Part shown: one piece after another, positions 40,439-50,069 of the stretch | Numbering within the stretch: position 1 is the stretch's first letter | How the letters are laid out: the number at the start of each line of letters is the position of its first letter | Source of the DNA: Nostoc sp. | GTDB taxonomy: Bacteria; Cyanobacteriota; Cyanobacteriia; Cyanobacteriales; Nostocaceae | Reading direction: 5' to 3' | DNA: 64,000 bases | Assembly: GCA_036918135.1 (NCBI GenBank) | Contig: JBALDB010000046.1 | Coordinates: forward strand, 1-64,000 | The notes under the pieces: model-generated | The model's database searches: none | The model's input: the letters and a program-made list of their open reading frames with translations, nothing else | Told to the model about the DNA's origin: nothing | Program-made: the position numbers and the translations under genes

Positions 40439-41947
40439 TTAATTTCGATGCCAACGTGTGCCATCGCGGCTATCAATTAGCGTAATACCTTGGGAAAGCA
40501 GTTCGTTACGAATGCGATCGCTTTCGGCAAAATTCTTGGCTTGACGTGCTGTTTGTCTTTGTTGAATTTTTGCTTCAATTTCCGTATCGCTTAAACCTTC
40601 TGTTGGCGAAGTTTCTACTTCTTTTTTGGCTTCTAAACCCAATATTTCAGCTAAGGTGACGAGTGTTTGCCATTGGCGTTGTAACTCCAAAGCCGGTGTT
40701 TCGGTTTTTCCTTGATGCACAAGGATATTTCCCTGACGGCGGAGTTCTTTGGCTAATTCAAACAACACTGTTAATCCACCAGGAAAATTAAAGTCATCAT
40801 TGACAAGTTCTTGGAAGCGTTCAATATAAGGATTAGGTACTGGGGAAGGTGGGGCCCCCTCTGGGGATAAGGGGTAATGGGTACTGGTTATTAAAATATT
40901 TCCAATCTCTAAATCCCAGCCTAGTTTTTTTCCGTATTGGTAGCCGAAAAGTAAACCTTCTTTAATGGTGTGCCAACCGTTGGTAGCGGCAGCGATCGCT
41001 TCCTCGGTAAAATCAATTGGTGTGCGATATTGGGCTGTGAGTACGAATAATCGCACTGCCATCGGGTCAACTCCTCGATCCAGCAATTCTCGAATAGTGA
41101 TAAAGTTGCCCAAAGATTTGGACATTTTTTCACCATCTACTTTCACCATGCCGTTATGCAACCAGTAACGCGCTAGGGGTTTTCCTGTTACAGCCTCAGA
41201 TTGGGCAATTTCGTTTTCGTGGTGGGGAAATATTAAGTCAGCACCACCAGCATGAATATCTATGGTATCACCCAAGCGATCGCGCACCATTGCCGAGCAT
41301 TCAATGTGCCACCCCGGACGCCCTGCGCCCCACGGTGATTTCCAAGCTGGTTCTCCCGGTTTTGCTGCTTTCCACAGCGCAAAATCAAAGGGGTCTTTCT
41401 TCTTCTGATATTCTGGATCTTCAACGTTGACGCGATCGCTGGCTCCAGCTTGCATATCTTCTAACTTGCGTCCTGAAAGTTTGCCATATTCAGGAAACTG
41501 TCGCACGGCATAATATACATCACCGTCAGCCGGGTAAGCAAAGCCTTTATTTTCTAGATCGTGAATTAATCGCAAAATTCCATTCATCGTATGAGTAGCA
41601 CGCGGATACTCATCGGCTTCTTTGATTCCCAACCGTGCCATATCCTCAAAATATGCTTTGATAAAGCGATGGGCCACAGCCTCCATTGAGGAATGTTCCA
41701 CACAGGCTCGATTGAGAATTTTGTCATCAATATCAGTAAAATTTTGAATATAACGTACTTCATAGCCGATAAACTGGAGATATCGGCGGACTACGTCCCA
41801 TACGATGCAAGCTCTGGCATGACCCAAATGGCAATAATCATATACTGTCACGCCGCAGTAATACATCTTAACTTTGCCTGGTTCGACTGTTTCAAACGGT
41901 TCTTGACGACGGGTGAGAGTATTGTAAAGAATTAGGGTCATAATCAA
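40439..41947 (-). CDS. cysS: Cysteine--tRNA ligase
   Basis: CGVTVYD..HLGH, GRPGWHIECS, FPHHENE, KMSKS. Confidence 0.98.
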   Translation of the reverse strand: MIMTLILYNTLTRRQEPFETVEPGKVKMYYCGVTVYDYCHLGHARACIVWDVVRRYLQFIGYEVRYIQNFTDIDDKILNRACVEHSSMEAVAHRFIKAYFEDMARLGIKEADEYPRATHTMNGILRLIHDLENKGFAYPADGDVYYAVRQFPEYGKLSGRKLEDMQAGASDRVNVEDPEYQKKKDPFDFALWKAAKPGEPAWKSPWGAGRPGWHIECSAMVRDRLGDTIDIHAGGADLIFPHHENEIAQSEAVTGKPLARYWLHNGMVKVDGEKMSKSLGNFITIRELLDRGVDPMAVRLFVLTAQYRTPIDFTEEAIAAATNGWHTIKEGLLFGYQYGKKLGWDLEIGNILITSTHYPLSPEGAPPSPVPNPYIERFQELVNDDFNFPGGLTVLFELAKELRRQGNILVHQGKTETPALELQRQWQTLVTLAEILGLEAKKEVETSPTEGLSDTEIEAKIQQRQTARQAKNFAESDRIRNELLSQGITLIDSRDGTRWHRN

Positions 41948-42077
41948 CTAATGCTGAAATAGAGAGATACGCAATAATTAAGATAAGCAACTGGGATGAC
42001 AGTCCAGCATCCCTATGCTAGTGTTTTCTGGACTATCTGCGCTACATTACTATTTTTGATTTTTTGATTACAGCGCT

Positions 42078-43205
42078 ATGCAATCAGCAGTTACTTCCGA
42101 ATCTCAAGCAATGGATGCACCTAAACAAGGAATGCCAGTAACAATTATTACGGGTTTCCTTGGTAGTGGCAAAACGACTTTACTTAATCATATCCTCAAC
42201 AACCAAGAGGGTTTAAAGACCGCTGTTCTAGTGAATGAATTTGGCGAAATTGGCATCGATAACGAGCTAATCGTTTCCACTGGTGAGAACATGGTGGAAC
42301 TAAATAATGGTTGCATCTGCTGCACTATTAATAATGATTTAGTAGATGCAGTTTACAAAGTTTTAGAACGCCAAGAAAATCTAGATTATTTAGTAGTAGA
42401 AACAACTGGATTAGCAGACCCTCTACCAGTAGCCTTAACATTTTTAGGCACAGAATTACGGGATTTAACTCGCTTGGATTCGATTATCACCGTTGTAGAT
42501 GCAGCGAATTACAGTCTAGATTTGTTTAATTCTCAGGCAGCATACAGCCAAATTGCTTATGGCGATGTAATTGTGCTGAACAAGACAGATTTAGTTGATG
42601 AAGCTACTTTGAATGAGTTAGAGAGAAAAATTAACGAAGTCAAAGAAGGAGCAAGAATTCTCCGCACCACGCGATCGCAAGTGCCACTTCCTTTAATTCT
42701 GAGTGTCGGTTTGTTTGAGTCAGATAAATATTTTGACTCAGTGGTAGACGACCACGACCATCACGCTCATCACGACCATCACGACCATCACCACCACGAC
42801 CACGACCACTCAACATGTGGTCATGACCATCACGACCATCATGACCATGACCACGAACATCATCACCATCACTCTGACCATTTAGAAAATGATGGCTTTA
42901 CTTCTATATCTTTTCAGAGTGACAAACCTTTTTCTATTAGGAAGTTTCAGTATTTCTTAGATAACCAGCTACCCTCAAATATCTTCCGAGCTAAGGGGAT
43001 TATGTGGTTTGATGAAAGTCCGAAGCGTCATATTTTCCACCTTTGTGGTAAACGCTTCACTTTGGATGATGATGATTGGCAAGGTAAACCCAAAAACCAA
43101 ATAGTGCTAATTGGCCAAAATTTGGATCGTGAAACTTTAATTACTCAAATAGAAAATTGTATTTGCTTACCTTCTACCAATCGTGGTAAAGGGTTTGGCA
43201 AATAA
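42078..43205 (+). CDS. CobW/COG0523 family GTPase metallochaperone with His-rich linker
   Basis: GFLGSGKTT, NEFGE, GCICC, ETTGLA, NKTD and a long His/Asp tract. Confidence 0.93.
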   Translation: MQSAVTSESQAMDAPKQGMPVTIITGFLGSGKTTLLNHILNNQEGLKTAVLVNEFGEIGIDNELIVSTGENMVELNNGCICCTINNDLVDAVYKVLERQENLDYLVVETTGLADPLPVALTFLGTELRDLTRLDSIITVVDAANYSLDLFNSQAAYSQIAYGDVIVLNKTDLVDEATLNELERKINEVKEGARILRTTRSQVPLPLILSVGLFESDKYFDSVVDDHDHHAHHDHHDHHHHDHDHSTCGHDHHDHHDHDHEHHHHHSDHLENDGFTSISFQSDKPFSIRKFQYFLDNQLPSNIFRAKGIMWFDESPKRHIFHLCGKRFTLDDDDWQGKPKNQIVLIGQNLDRETLITQIENCICLPSTNRGKGFGK

Positions 43206-43354
43206 AAGTTAGACTGAGGAGTTAAGAGTTAAAATTGCGTTTTCGTTCCCAGGTTTGACCTGGGAATGTGTTTTTATTAGTTCTACCATCGATTTATATT
43301 GATGAAAATAAGAAAATAGCGATCGCATTTTCTCATCTAAACTTCTAACTTCTT

Positions 43355-43834
43355 ATGCGTGTTGTCATCCAGCGAGTTAAATCATCTCAAGTTATTGTTA
43401 ATGGCGAAATTATTGGTAAAATTGGGCGGGGACTCAACTTACTCGTAGGTATTGCCAATACCGATACCGATGCTGAACTCGATTGGATAGTGCGTAAGTG
43501 CCTAGAATTACGCCTGTTTCCCCATGAGGAAGAGGGTACAGACGCGCAGGGGCTTGTGGATAGACATCGCTGGCAAAAATCTGTGCAAGAAATTGGGGGT
43601 GAGTTGTTGGTAGTTAGTCAGTTCACCCTTTACGGTGATTGTCGCAAAGGTCGCCGTCCTTCTTTCGACCGTTCAGCCGCTCCTCAATCAGCAGAAGATT
43701 TATATAATCGTTTTATTACCAAGTTAAGAGCCAGTGGTTTGCTGGTGGAAACTGGTCAATTCGGTGCAATGATGCAAGTTACGATTGAAAATGATGGCCC
43801 AGTTACTTTAGTCATTGAAAAAGAAGCCGGGTAA
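43355..43834 (+). CDS. dtd: D-aminoacyl-tRNA deacylase
   Basis: VIQRV, VSQFTL, KGRRPSF, NDGPVT. Confidence 0.96.
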   Translation: MRVVIQRVKSSQVIVNGEIIGKIGRGLNLLVGIANTDTDAELDWIVRKCLELRLFPHEEEGTDAQGLVDRHRWQKSVQEIGGELLVVSQFTLYGDCRKGRRPSFDRSAAPQSAEDLYNRFITKLRASGLLVETGQFGAMMQVTIENDGPVTLVIEKEAG

Positions 43835-43941
43835 GTATATATATTAGTAATACGAGCTATCGGAGTTTCCTCTAGACCTTAGAGTTCTAAATGATGAGAG
43901 AATATTAAACTAACGATCGTAAAAGTTTAAACTCATTTATC

Positions 43942-44283
43942 ATGGCGAAAATCCAGTTTGCTAGAGGGGTTAACGAAGAAGTAGTTCCAGACGTGCGCTT
44001 GACGCGAGGGCGTAGTGGTGAAACTGGCACAGCAACATTTATTTTTGAAAATCCCAAGATTTTAGACCAAGGCAGCACCGATGACATCACTGGTATGTAC
44101 CTGATTGATGAAGAAGGCGAAATTATCACTCGCGAAGTAAAGGCTAAATTTATTAATGGAAGACCGGAAGCATTAGAAGCAGTTTACTTGATGAAATCTT
44201 CCCAAGAATGGGATCGCTTCATGCGCTTCATGCAGCGATATGGGGATGAAAACGGTCTTGGACTAAGTAAAAAAGAAGGATAA
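43942..44283 (+). CDS. psb28: Photosystem II assembly factor Psb28
   Basis: [16 protein letters not shown]...[11 protein letters not shown]...[10 protein letters not shown]. Confidence 0.96.
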   Translation: MAKIQFARGVNEEVVPDVRLTRGRSGETGTATFIFENPKILDQGSTDDITGMYLIDEEGEIITREVKAKFINGRPEALEAVYLMKSSQEWDRFMRFMQRYGDENGLGLSKKEG

Positions 44284-44418
44284 AACATAGGACATGAGAA
44301 ATTAGGTGCTAGGTATTGGAGATTGGGGATTAGGCTAAGAAAACTCTTCCCCAGTGCCCAGTTCCTAGTAACCAGCCCTCACTCCCTCTCCCCACTATTA
44401 AAAGTTAATAACCTCTCC

Positions 44419-44922
44419 ATGACGCAACAACCGCACCCAGACTCATCTGGAATGACTCTAACTTGTGCCGTGGTCACTGTCAGCGATACACGCACTTTTG
44501 AAACAGACAAAAGTGGTCAGCTAATTCAGCAGCTACTTATTGCTGCCAACCATGCTGTAGGAGCCTATACAATTATTAAAGATGAACCAGCACAAGTTCA
44601 ACAGCAGATAGAAAATCTAGGAAAAAGCGCTTTTTTGGATGCTCTAATTTTCAATGGTGGCACAGGTATTGCGCCAAGAGATACTACCTATGATGCAATT
44701 GAGCAGTTATTAGAGAAAACCTTGCCGGGATTTGGGGAGTTATTTCGTTATCTAAGTTATCAACAAATTGGTTCGCGGGCGATCGCTTCTCGTGCTGTTG
44801 CTGGTGTTTATCAAAATAAATTAATCTTCTCGCTTCCTGGTTCCAGTAATGGTGTGCAACTAGCAATGGAAAAACTGATTTTGCCCGAATTAACTCACTT
44901 GCTAAGTCAGATACGGAAATAA
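44419..44922 (+). CDS. moaB: Molybdenum cofactor biosynthesis protein MoaB/Mog
   Basis: VTVSDTR...[31 protein letters not shown] 44419 preferred. Confidence 0.92.
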   Translation: MTQQPHPDSSGMTLTCAVVTVSDTRTFETDKSGQLIQQLLIAANHAVGAYTIIKDEPAQVQQQIENLGKSAFLDALIFNGGTGIAPRDTTYDAIEQLLEKTLPGFGELFRYLSYQQIGSRAIASRAVAGVYQNKLIFSLPGSSNGVQLAMEKLILPELTHLLSQIRK

Positions 44923-45143
44923 AAGCTAGGGACTAAATTCAATTTTTACGTATTTAATTTGTCTTGGAAATCAAAAAACCCCTCAGTCGCATTAACAAGA
45001 CTAATACAGGACTGAGGGGATAGATTTTATCAATACAACATATCCAAAATCTCACACCACGAGAACCCGTTGACCAATACAGATAATATGCTATAATCAT
45101 CTGCGTTGATTGACGGCTACTATTAATAACCAGGTAAATGATA

Positions 45144-45392
45144 TTAGTAGTAATCGCGTAGTGGCTGTGGTTGCGGCACTGCAAAATTTGATGCATCGTA
45201 CAAGTAGCGGCTGGCTTCCTCTTCTAAACGATGAATCAGAAAAGGTTCTATGGCGTTACCATGTCGCAGTGCGGCTAAATATCCATCCAAATACATCCGC
45301 ATATCATCCATACGATAACCGCGATTCCATAACTCGACGAAGGCGTCAGTAAGTCTTTGGTAATAGCGGATGGTTTGTGTGTCTTGGAGCAT
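45144..45392 (-). CDS. Conserved cyanobacterial hypothetical protein, divergent from nrrA
   Basis: MLQD..TIRYYQRLTDA...YLDGYLAAL...IHRLEEE. Confidence 0.8.
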   Translation of the reverse strand: MLQDTQTIRYYQRLTDAFVELWNRGYRMDDMRMYLDGYLAALRHGNAIEPFLIHRLEEEASRYLYDASNFAVPQPQPLRDYY

Positions 45393-45898
45393 AACTGCTG
45401 TATTAATGTCTTTGGAATGAGAATTGTAAATGATTCACGTTCAAATGTGAAGTGTGATTTCCCTTGGGGATCGATTAAAACTAAACATATATTTTTCGGG
45501 TAGCACTCTCCTGGTAGCTACAAATATACTTTAATCCTATTCCAGAAAACACCTATCCTACTTGTCTACTAGAGTATCTTTATAATTTTTCCTACTAACA
45601 GCCTAATTTTATTGGTGCTATATTCATGGGTGTAGGCACTAATTTATAGATTGCGAATTACTTTTCAATCGGCACAAAAGCTGTTTTGCTAAGGATTAGC
45701 CGATTGGGTTATGGTTTTTGGATATTATAGTCATGTAAAAACACAATATTAAGCGCTAAAAGAACTTTTAATGAGTCGACAAGACTTTTTCTAAGTTTAA
45801 CAAAAATTTAAGAATATTTCTAATCCCTTTTGCGAAGGGACAAATTAAAGATATTCCCACTTTTTTTATGAGGAAATGTAAAGCTAATAGCAATTGAA

Positions 45899-45940
45899 GT
45901 AACAAAGGCTACAAAACCGGAGACATGGGCTTGTTACTTT
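45899..45940 (+). promoter_or_regulatory. Canonical class II NtcA-activated promoter of nrrA
   Basis: GTA-ACAAAGGC-TAC (45899-45912), 22 nt, then TACTTT (TAN3T, 45935-45940). Confidence 0.88.
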
Positions 45941-45972
45941 GAAAGTCATCGACGCTAAGGGGTCTTGCCACC

Positions 45973-46743
45973 GTGGGTTCGGTATGTATAGAAATCATTG
46001 AAGGGAATCCCCATCTAAGGTCGTTGCTAGGTTGGCACTTGCAACAACTGGAATACCGGGTGCATCAAGCTGCCAGTATTTATCAAGCAAGGGAAGTATT
46101 TTTAAGCCATCAACCAACACTAGTCGTCTTAGATGCAGATCTGCCTGATGGTGATGGCATTGAGTTTTGTCGTTGGTTGCATCGTCAGCAACAGCCTCTA
46201 ATCTTAATGCTATCTGCGCGCAATAGTGAAGCTGATATTGTCGCAGGTTTAAAGGCGGGTGCAGATGATTACCTTAGCAAACCTTTTGGGATGCAAGAGT
46301 TTTTAGCACGGGTAGAAGCACTGATTCGTCGTAAGCGCACACCTGCTGCACCAGCTTATTTAGATTATGGAACTTTGCAAATTGATTTAGTTCAACGCCG
46401 CGTTCGCTTCCAGGGAGAGTTCATTGACTTAACGCCCCAGGAATTCAGTTTACTGTACGTTTTAGCGCAAGCTGGGGGAGTACCTTTGAGTAGGTCGGAA
46501 TTGCTGCGTCGTGCTTGGCCTGATGCTATCGATAACCCTCGTACCATTGATACTCATGTTTTGTCGCTGCGGAAAAAGGTTGAACTCGATCCCCGACAAC
46601 CTAGCTTGATTCAAACTATCCGCAATGTAGGATACCGCTTTAACATGGAAATTTTGAATACTAATATTCCCCAGTCACAAACAAAGTTAACTAGAGAGAG
46701 ATTTAACAATCAACGTTCAACACTTACTAGTAGTCAATTGTAA
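45973..46743 (+). CDS. nrrA: OmpR-family nitrogen-regulated response regulator NrrA
   Basis: MGSVCIEIIEGNPHLRSLLGWHL receiver domain plus winged helix (RTIDTHVLSLRKK); NtcA promoter upstream. Confidence 0.88.
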   Translation: MGSVCIEIIEGNPHLRSLLGWHLQQLEYRVHQAASIYQAREVFLSHQPTLVVLDADLPDGDGIEFCRWLHRQQQPLILMLSARNSEADIVAGLKAGADDYLSKPFGMQEFLARVEALIRRKRTPAAPAYLDYGTLQIDLVQRRVRFQGEFIDLTPQEFSLLYVLAQAGGVPLSRSELLRRAWPDAIDNPRTIDTHVLSLRKKVELDPRQPSLIQTIRNVGYRFNMEILNTNIPQSQTKLTRERFNNQRSTLTSSQL

Positions 46744-46913
46744 TCGGGACTGGTGAGTGGGAACTGGAGAACTCTGGGCCCCCACGAAGTGGGGATTAGG
46801 GGCATGGAGACTAGGAAATAAGATTAACAATACTATTTTCTAATAGCCAGTACTCAATGCCCAATACATAATGCCCAGTACCCATTACCCACTCCCTAGT
46901 CCCTATCCAAAAT

Positions 46914-47690
46914 CTAAAATTCAAAATCGTCTTGAGCTTGTGCTTTAATCAAGGTTTCTCGTAATTCATCCCAGTTTATTTCAGAAACTTTTTGATTTGC
47001 CGATAAATGACCTTGCTGTAAGTGTAATAATCGAGTGCAAAACATTTCAAGTAGATCTATTTGGTGATTTACCATCAAAATCGTGGTTTGATGAGTTTGA
47101 CTCAACTGAATTAAAACTTGTATCAGATGCAAAGCTGTACCAGTATCTAGAGTAGAGCTTGGTTCGTCTAATAATAGAATTTTAGGCTCAATGAGTAAAG
47201 CACGAGCGATCGCTATTAGTTGTCGTTGTCCCGCAGAAAGTTGCACCTCTGTTCGTTCTAACCATTCATTGGGAATGTGCAGTTGTTCTATCCAGTAATT
47301 GACTCGTTCTTGAATTGCTTGTTTGGCTAAACCACGCAAAACCAAAGGATAAGCTAAAGCTTGCCCAACTGTCATCCCTAACAGCTTTGATTCTTGCAAT
47401 ACAAGTGTTACCATCTGACGTAACTGGATGACTGGAATTTGGCGATACTCTTGATTCTCTAGATAGATTTTGCCGTTACTAGGTTCAATAAGACGGTTGA
47501 GCAGGCGTAGTAAAGAAGTTTTACCAGCGCCCATCGCGCCTACAATAGCAATACGTTCGCCCTCGAATACCTCAAAGGAAATATCCTGCAATATGGGGTA
47601 TCCTTGCTGATTCACCGAAACTTGGGTTTTCAGCTTTGTAAACAGATTAACTTGTTCTAGCCTGAGTGTGGCTGCTGTGACATTATTCAA
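46914..47690 (-). CDS. ABC transporter ATP-binding protein
   Basis: GAMGAGKTS, LSAGQRQ, LLDEP. Start uncertain (TTG 47690 proposed) because the upstream extension is repeat-derived. Confidence 0.85.
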   Translation of the reverse strand: MNNVTAATLRLEQVNLFTKLKTQVSVNQQGYPILQDISFEVFEGERIAIVGAMGAGKTSLLRLLNRLIEPSNGKIYLENQEYRQIPVIQLRQMVTLVLQESKLLGMTVGQALAYPLVLRGLAKQAIQERVNYWIEQLHIPNEWLERTEVQLSAGQRQLIAIARALLIEPKILLLDEPSSTLDTGTALHLIQVLIQLSQTHQTTILMVNHQIDLLEMFCTRLLHLQQGHLSANQKVSEINWDELRETLIKAQAQDDFEF

Positions 47691-47696
47691 GGTAAG

Positions 47697-47795
47697 TGGG
47701 GAGATAGGGAGATGGGGAGTGTGGGAAGTGTGGGGAGTGTGGGGAGAGAGGGGGGAAAGATTTCTTCCCCATCCTCCCACACCTCCCACACTCCC
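47697..47795. repeat. Inverted arrays of short G-rich repeats
   Basis: GGGAGTGTGGGAAGTGTGGGGAGTGTGGGG ... CCTCCCACACCTCCCACACTCCC. Confidence 0.75.
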
Positions 47796-47831
47796 TGTTT
47801 GCCCTGTTTGGCCAATGTCCCATGCCCTATT

Positions 47832-48398
47832 CTATGCTAATTGTTTAGTAGTTAAGGCTGTGGCGATCGCCCAACCATCAACCAACAGTAATAGCAGTGT
47901 GAATCCTAGTAAAATCGCGTACATCCACGGCTGTGCTAAAGGACGAACATCTGTAGTGTCAATGTCTGTCTTTGTTTGGACAATTTGCACCAAACGGGCA
48001 AATCCAGCTACACGCATTGGTAGTAAATAAGCTTTTCCATCCTGACTAAGAAAATAATAAACTAGTCCTCCTTGACCGGTAGTACGGGGTTTTAACTCTT
48101 TGACTTCTGACCAAGGTAAAAACCAGCCTTTACGAAAAAAGCGGGGTACCCAACCTGGGTAAGTAACCTGAATTCCTTGTTCGTCTACTATTACTTGTTC
48201 GGTCAACACCGCATACAAAGCAATTAAGCCGATGCTAATTCCTACCCATAATAATGCTGGGGGTATGGGTGCGGCTGTTACTTGCGATAAGAAGGGTAAT
48301 GGAATTGTAAGTGCTATGTATAGACTCAGCAGCGTTATCCGAATCAAAGGAGAAAGGTGAAAAACAGAAGCTGAGGTATTGACTGAATTTGCTGTCAC
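47832..48398 (-). CDS. Conserved cyanobacterial membrane protein
   Basis: SPLIRITLLSLY.ALT.PLPF, T.QGGLVYYF, LLPMRVAGF; TM helices. Confidence 0.8.
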   Translation of the reverse strand: MTANSVNTSASVFHLSPLIRITLLSLYIALTIPLPFLSQVTAAPIPPALLWVGISIGLIALYAVLTEQVIVDEQGIQVTYPGWVPRFFRKGWFLPWSEVKELKPRTTGQGGLVYYFLSQDGKAYLLPMRVAGFARLVQIVQTKTDIDTTDVRPLAQPWMYAILLGFTLLLLLVDGWAIATALTTKQLA

Positions 48399-48452
48399 GG
48401 CTCTATTACAATGCTTTTCTTTATTCTAGGACAGCTTTTTGCCCTACTCAAT

Positions 48453-48914
48453 TTAAGGTAAATACTTTTGCACGACACTCCAACCAGTAAGGGATACCCA
48501 GACAAATCCGACAAACAGAATCATGTTTACACCTATGTGTAAAGGTCTAGCCCAAGGTTTTGTCGAACTAATTTGCCCTGCACTGAAAGCAGACAGTAAA
48601 ACCAACGCTACTACTATCAATCCAGAAACTAAGTGTGACGAGTGTCCCAGAGAACCAAAATGACCTAAAGTGCCAACAATACCGATCGCCAGCAATAGTA
48701 GTACTAAACTTACCATGCTGATTCCCATTAAATTATGCAGCGATCGCACTCCTGTATTTCCACCCATTAATAGGGAAATAAAAGGAAATTGCTGCGAGGT
48801 TCTCATCCGAAACATCAAAACGCCTGTAACTGCTAACATCAGGTATGCCAGCAGTGACAACCCCATCGACCAGGCGGCAATTTTCCACAACCAAAGAAAT
48901 GAAGGCAGATTCAT
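48453..48914 (-). CDS. DUF4079-like membrane protein
   Basis: Four TM helices with conserved His (LH, GHSSH, RPLH), cytochrome b561-like spacing. Confidence 0.75.
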   Translation of the reverse strand: MNLPSFLWLWKIAAWSMGLSLLAYLMLAVTGVLMFRMRTSQQFPFISLLMGGNTGVRSLHNLMGISMVSLVLLLLAIGIVGTLGHFGSLGHSSHLVSGLIVVALVLLSAFSAGQISSTKPWARPLHIGVNMILFVGFVWVSLTGWSVVQKYLP

Positions 48915-49066
48915 AAGAATGATTGTAGATGAGAGTAACAGACAAGGGACACAAAGACGCGAAGATAAGCTAGAAAAATTAATCGCTAATCACTAATGAA
49001 CAATGACTAATAAATAAAAAAGGCTGCTGAACTCAGCAACCCAAAAATTGAGCCAAATTGTTTTTT

Positions 49067-49465
49067 TTAATCGACTGCTGCTAAACCAGCGACTTGTAAG
49101 GGTTTTATACTATCTCCGGTCTTTTTATTAAGTTGCTGCACCATTGCTGCGGTATTTATAGAGTCTTTTGCAAAAGATGAGTCTGCTGTATCAAACTCAG
49201 AATTACTAGGGTCATTGACCATCAGGCGATCGCACGGAATCTTATCCGATAAAATTGCACTTGCCATCATTCCTGTATGAATCTCCATTTTAGCTTTTCG
49301 TGGAGCTTCAAATACCAGGCGTTGTCCTGGAAAAACAACCCTTTCAAAATACCAATTGGGAATATTAGAGATGCGAGCTACCTGTATTTTGCTGGTGGCA
49401 TTGATGTAGCAGCAGAGAATTTTCCCGAATTGCTCAGGTGGTAGAGGATCTAAAATTTGAGCCAT
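49067..49465 (-). CDS. DUF1830 family protein
   Basis: CCYINATSKIQVARI...YFERVVFPGQRLVFEAP...SDKIPC. Confidence 0.85.
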   Translation of the reverse strand: MAQILDPLPPEQFGKILCCYINATSKIQVARISNIPNWYFERVVFPGQRLVFEAPRKAKMEIHTGMMASAILSDKIPCDRLMVNDPSNSEFDTADSSFAKDSINTAAMVQQLNKKTGDSIKPLQVAGLAAVD

Positions 49466-49510
49466 AACTGCTGAGGAGCTTTACGCCACAATTTAACATT
49501 ACACTACTCA

Positions 49511-49553
49511 AGCCTAACATCGACTGATCCCCTGTTGTTGTAACTGTGAATAC
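49511..49553 (-). promoter_or_regulatory. Probable NtcA-activated promoter of the DUF1830 gene
   Basis: Minus strand GTA-TTCACAGT-TAC, 23 nt, then TAGGCT. Confidence 0.65.
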
Positions 49554-50069
49554 CAACTGAGGATTTGTAGATTATTTCTATCTAAAGAAATATTTTATGG
49601 TTATAAAAATTTTATAATTATTTATGCCTTTTTTGCAATTCTACACTATACCTAAAGATTTAGATATTTTTTCCTGGTATAAAAGTTTTAATTCTCTAAA
49701 AACAAATAAGTAGAATATTGCTCTGATGACGATCCCCTTGCTTTTCGCTTAGTGAACAAGCGATCGCTGTTTTACCTATCTGAAGATAAATACCCCTAGA
49801 TCGTCGCTTAATGAATAAACTCAATGTTATCGTAAAGCTATATGAAAAATTTATTCATAAACATCTGTCAATCACATGTATTTAGCGTGCAAAGTAATTT
49901 TATTGATTCCTAGAATTTGGAACAACAAATTGTTCAATATCAAGAATTGGCTTCAATGTCAAGCAATATTGTGATAGATAAAAGTAGCCAAGACAAAAAT
50001 ACCCCTGAAAACTGAAGTTTTTCTCGCTTTTCTCTCAATATTGGCAAGATTGCAGTCAAAACACCTATA

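Noticed and set aside
42748..42881. CAC/GAC microsatellite as a separate element
   Set aside because: It encodes the usual His-rich linker of COG0523 proteins.
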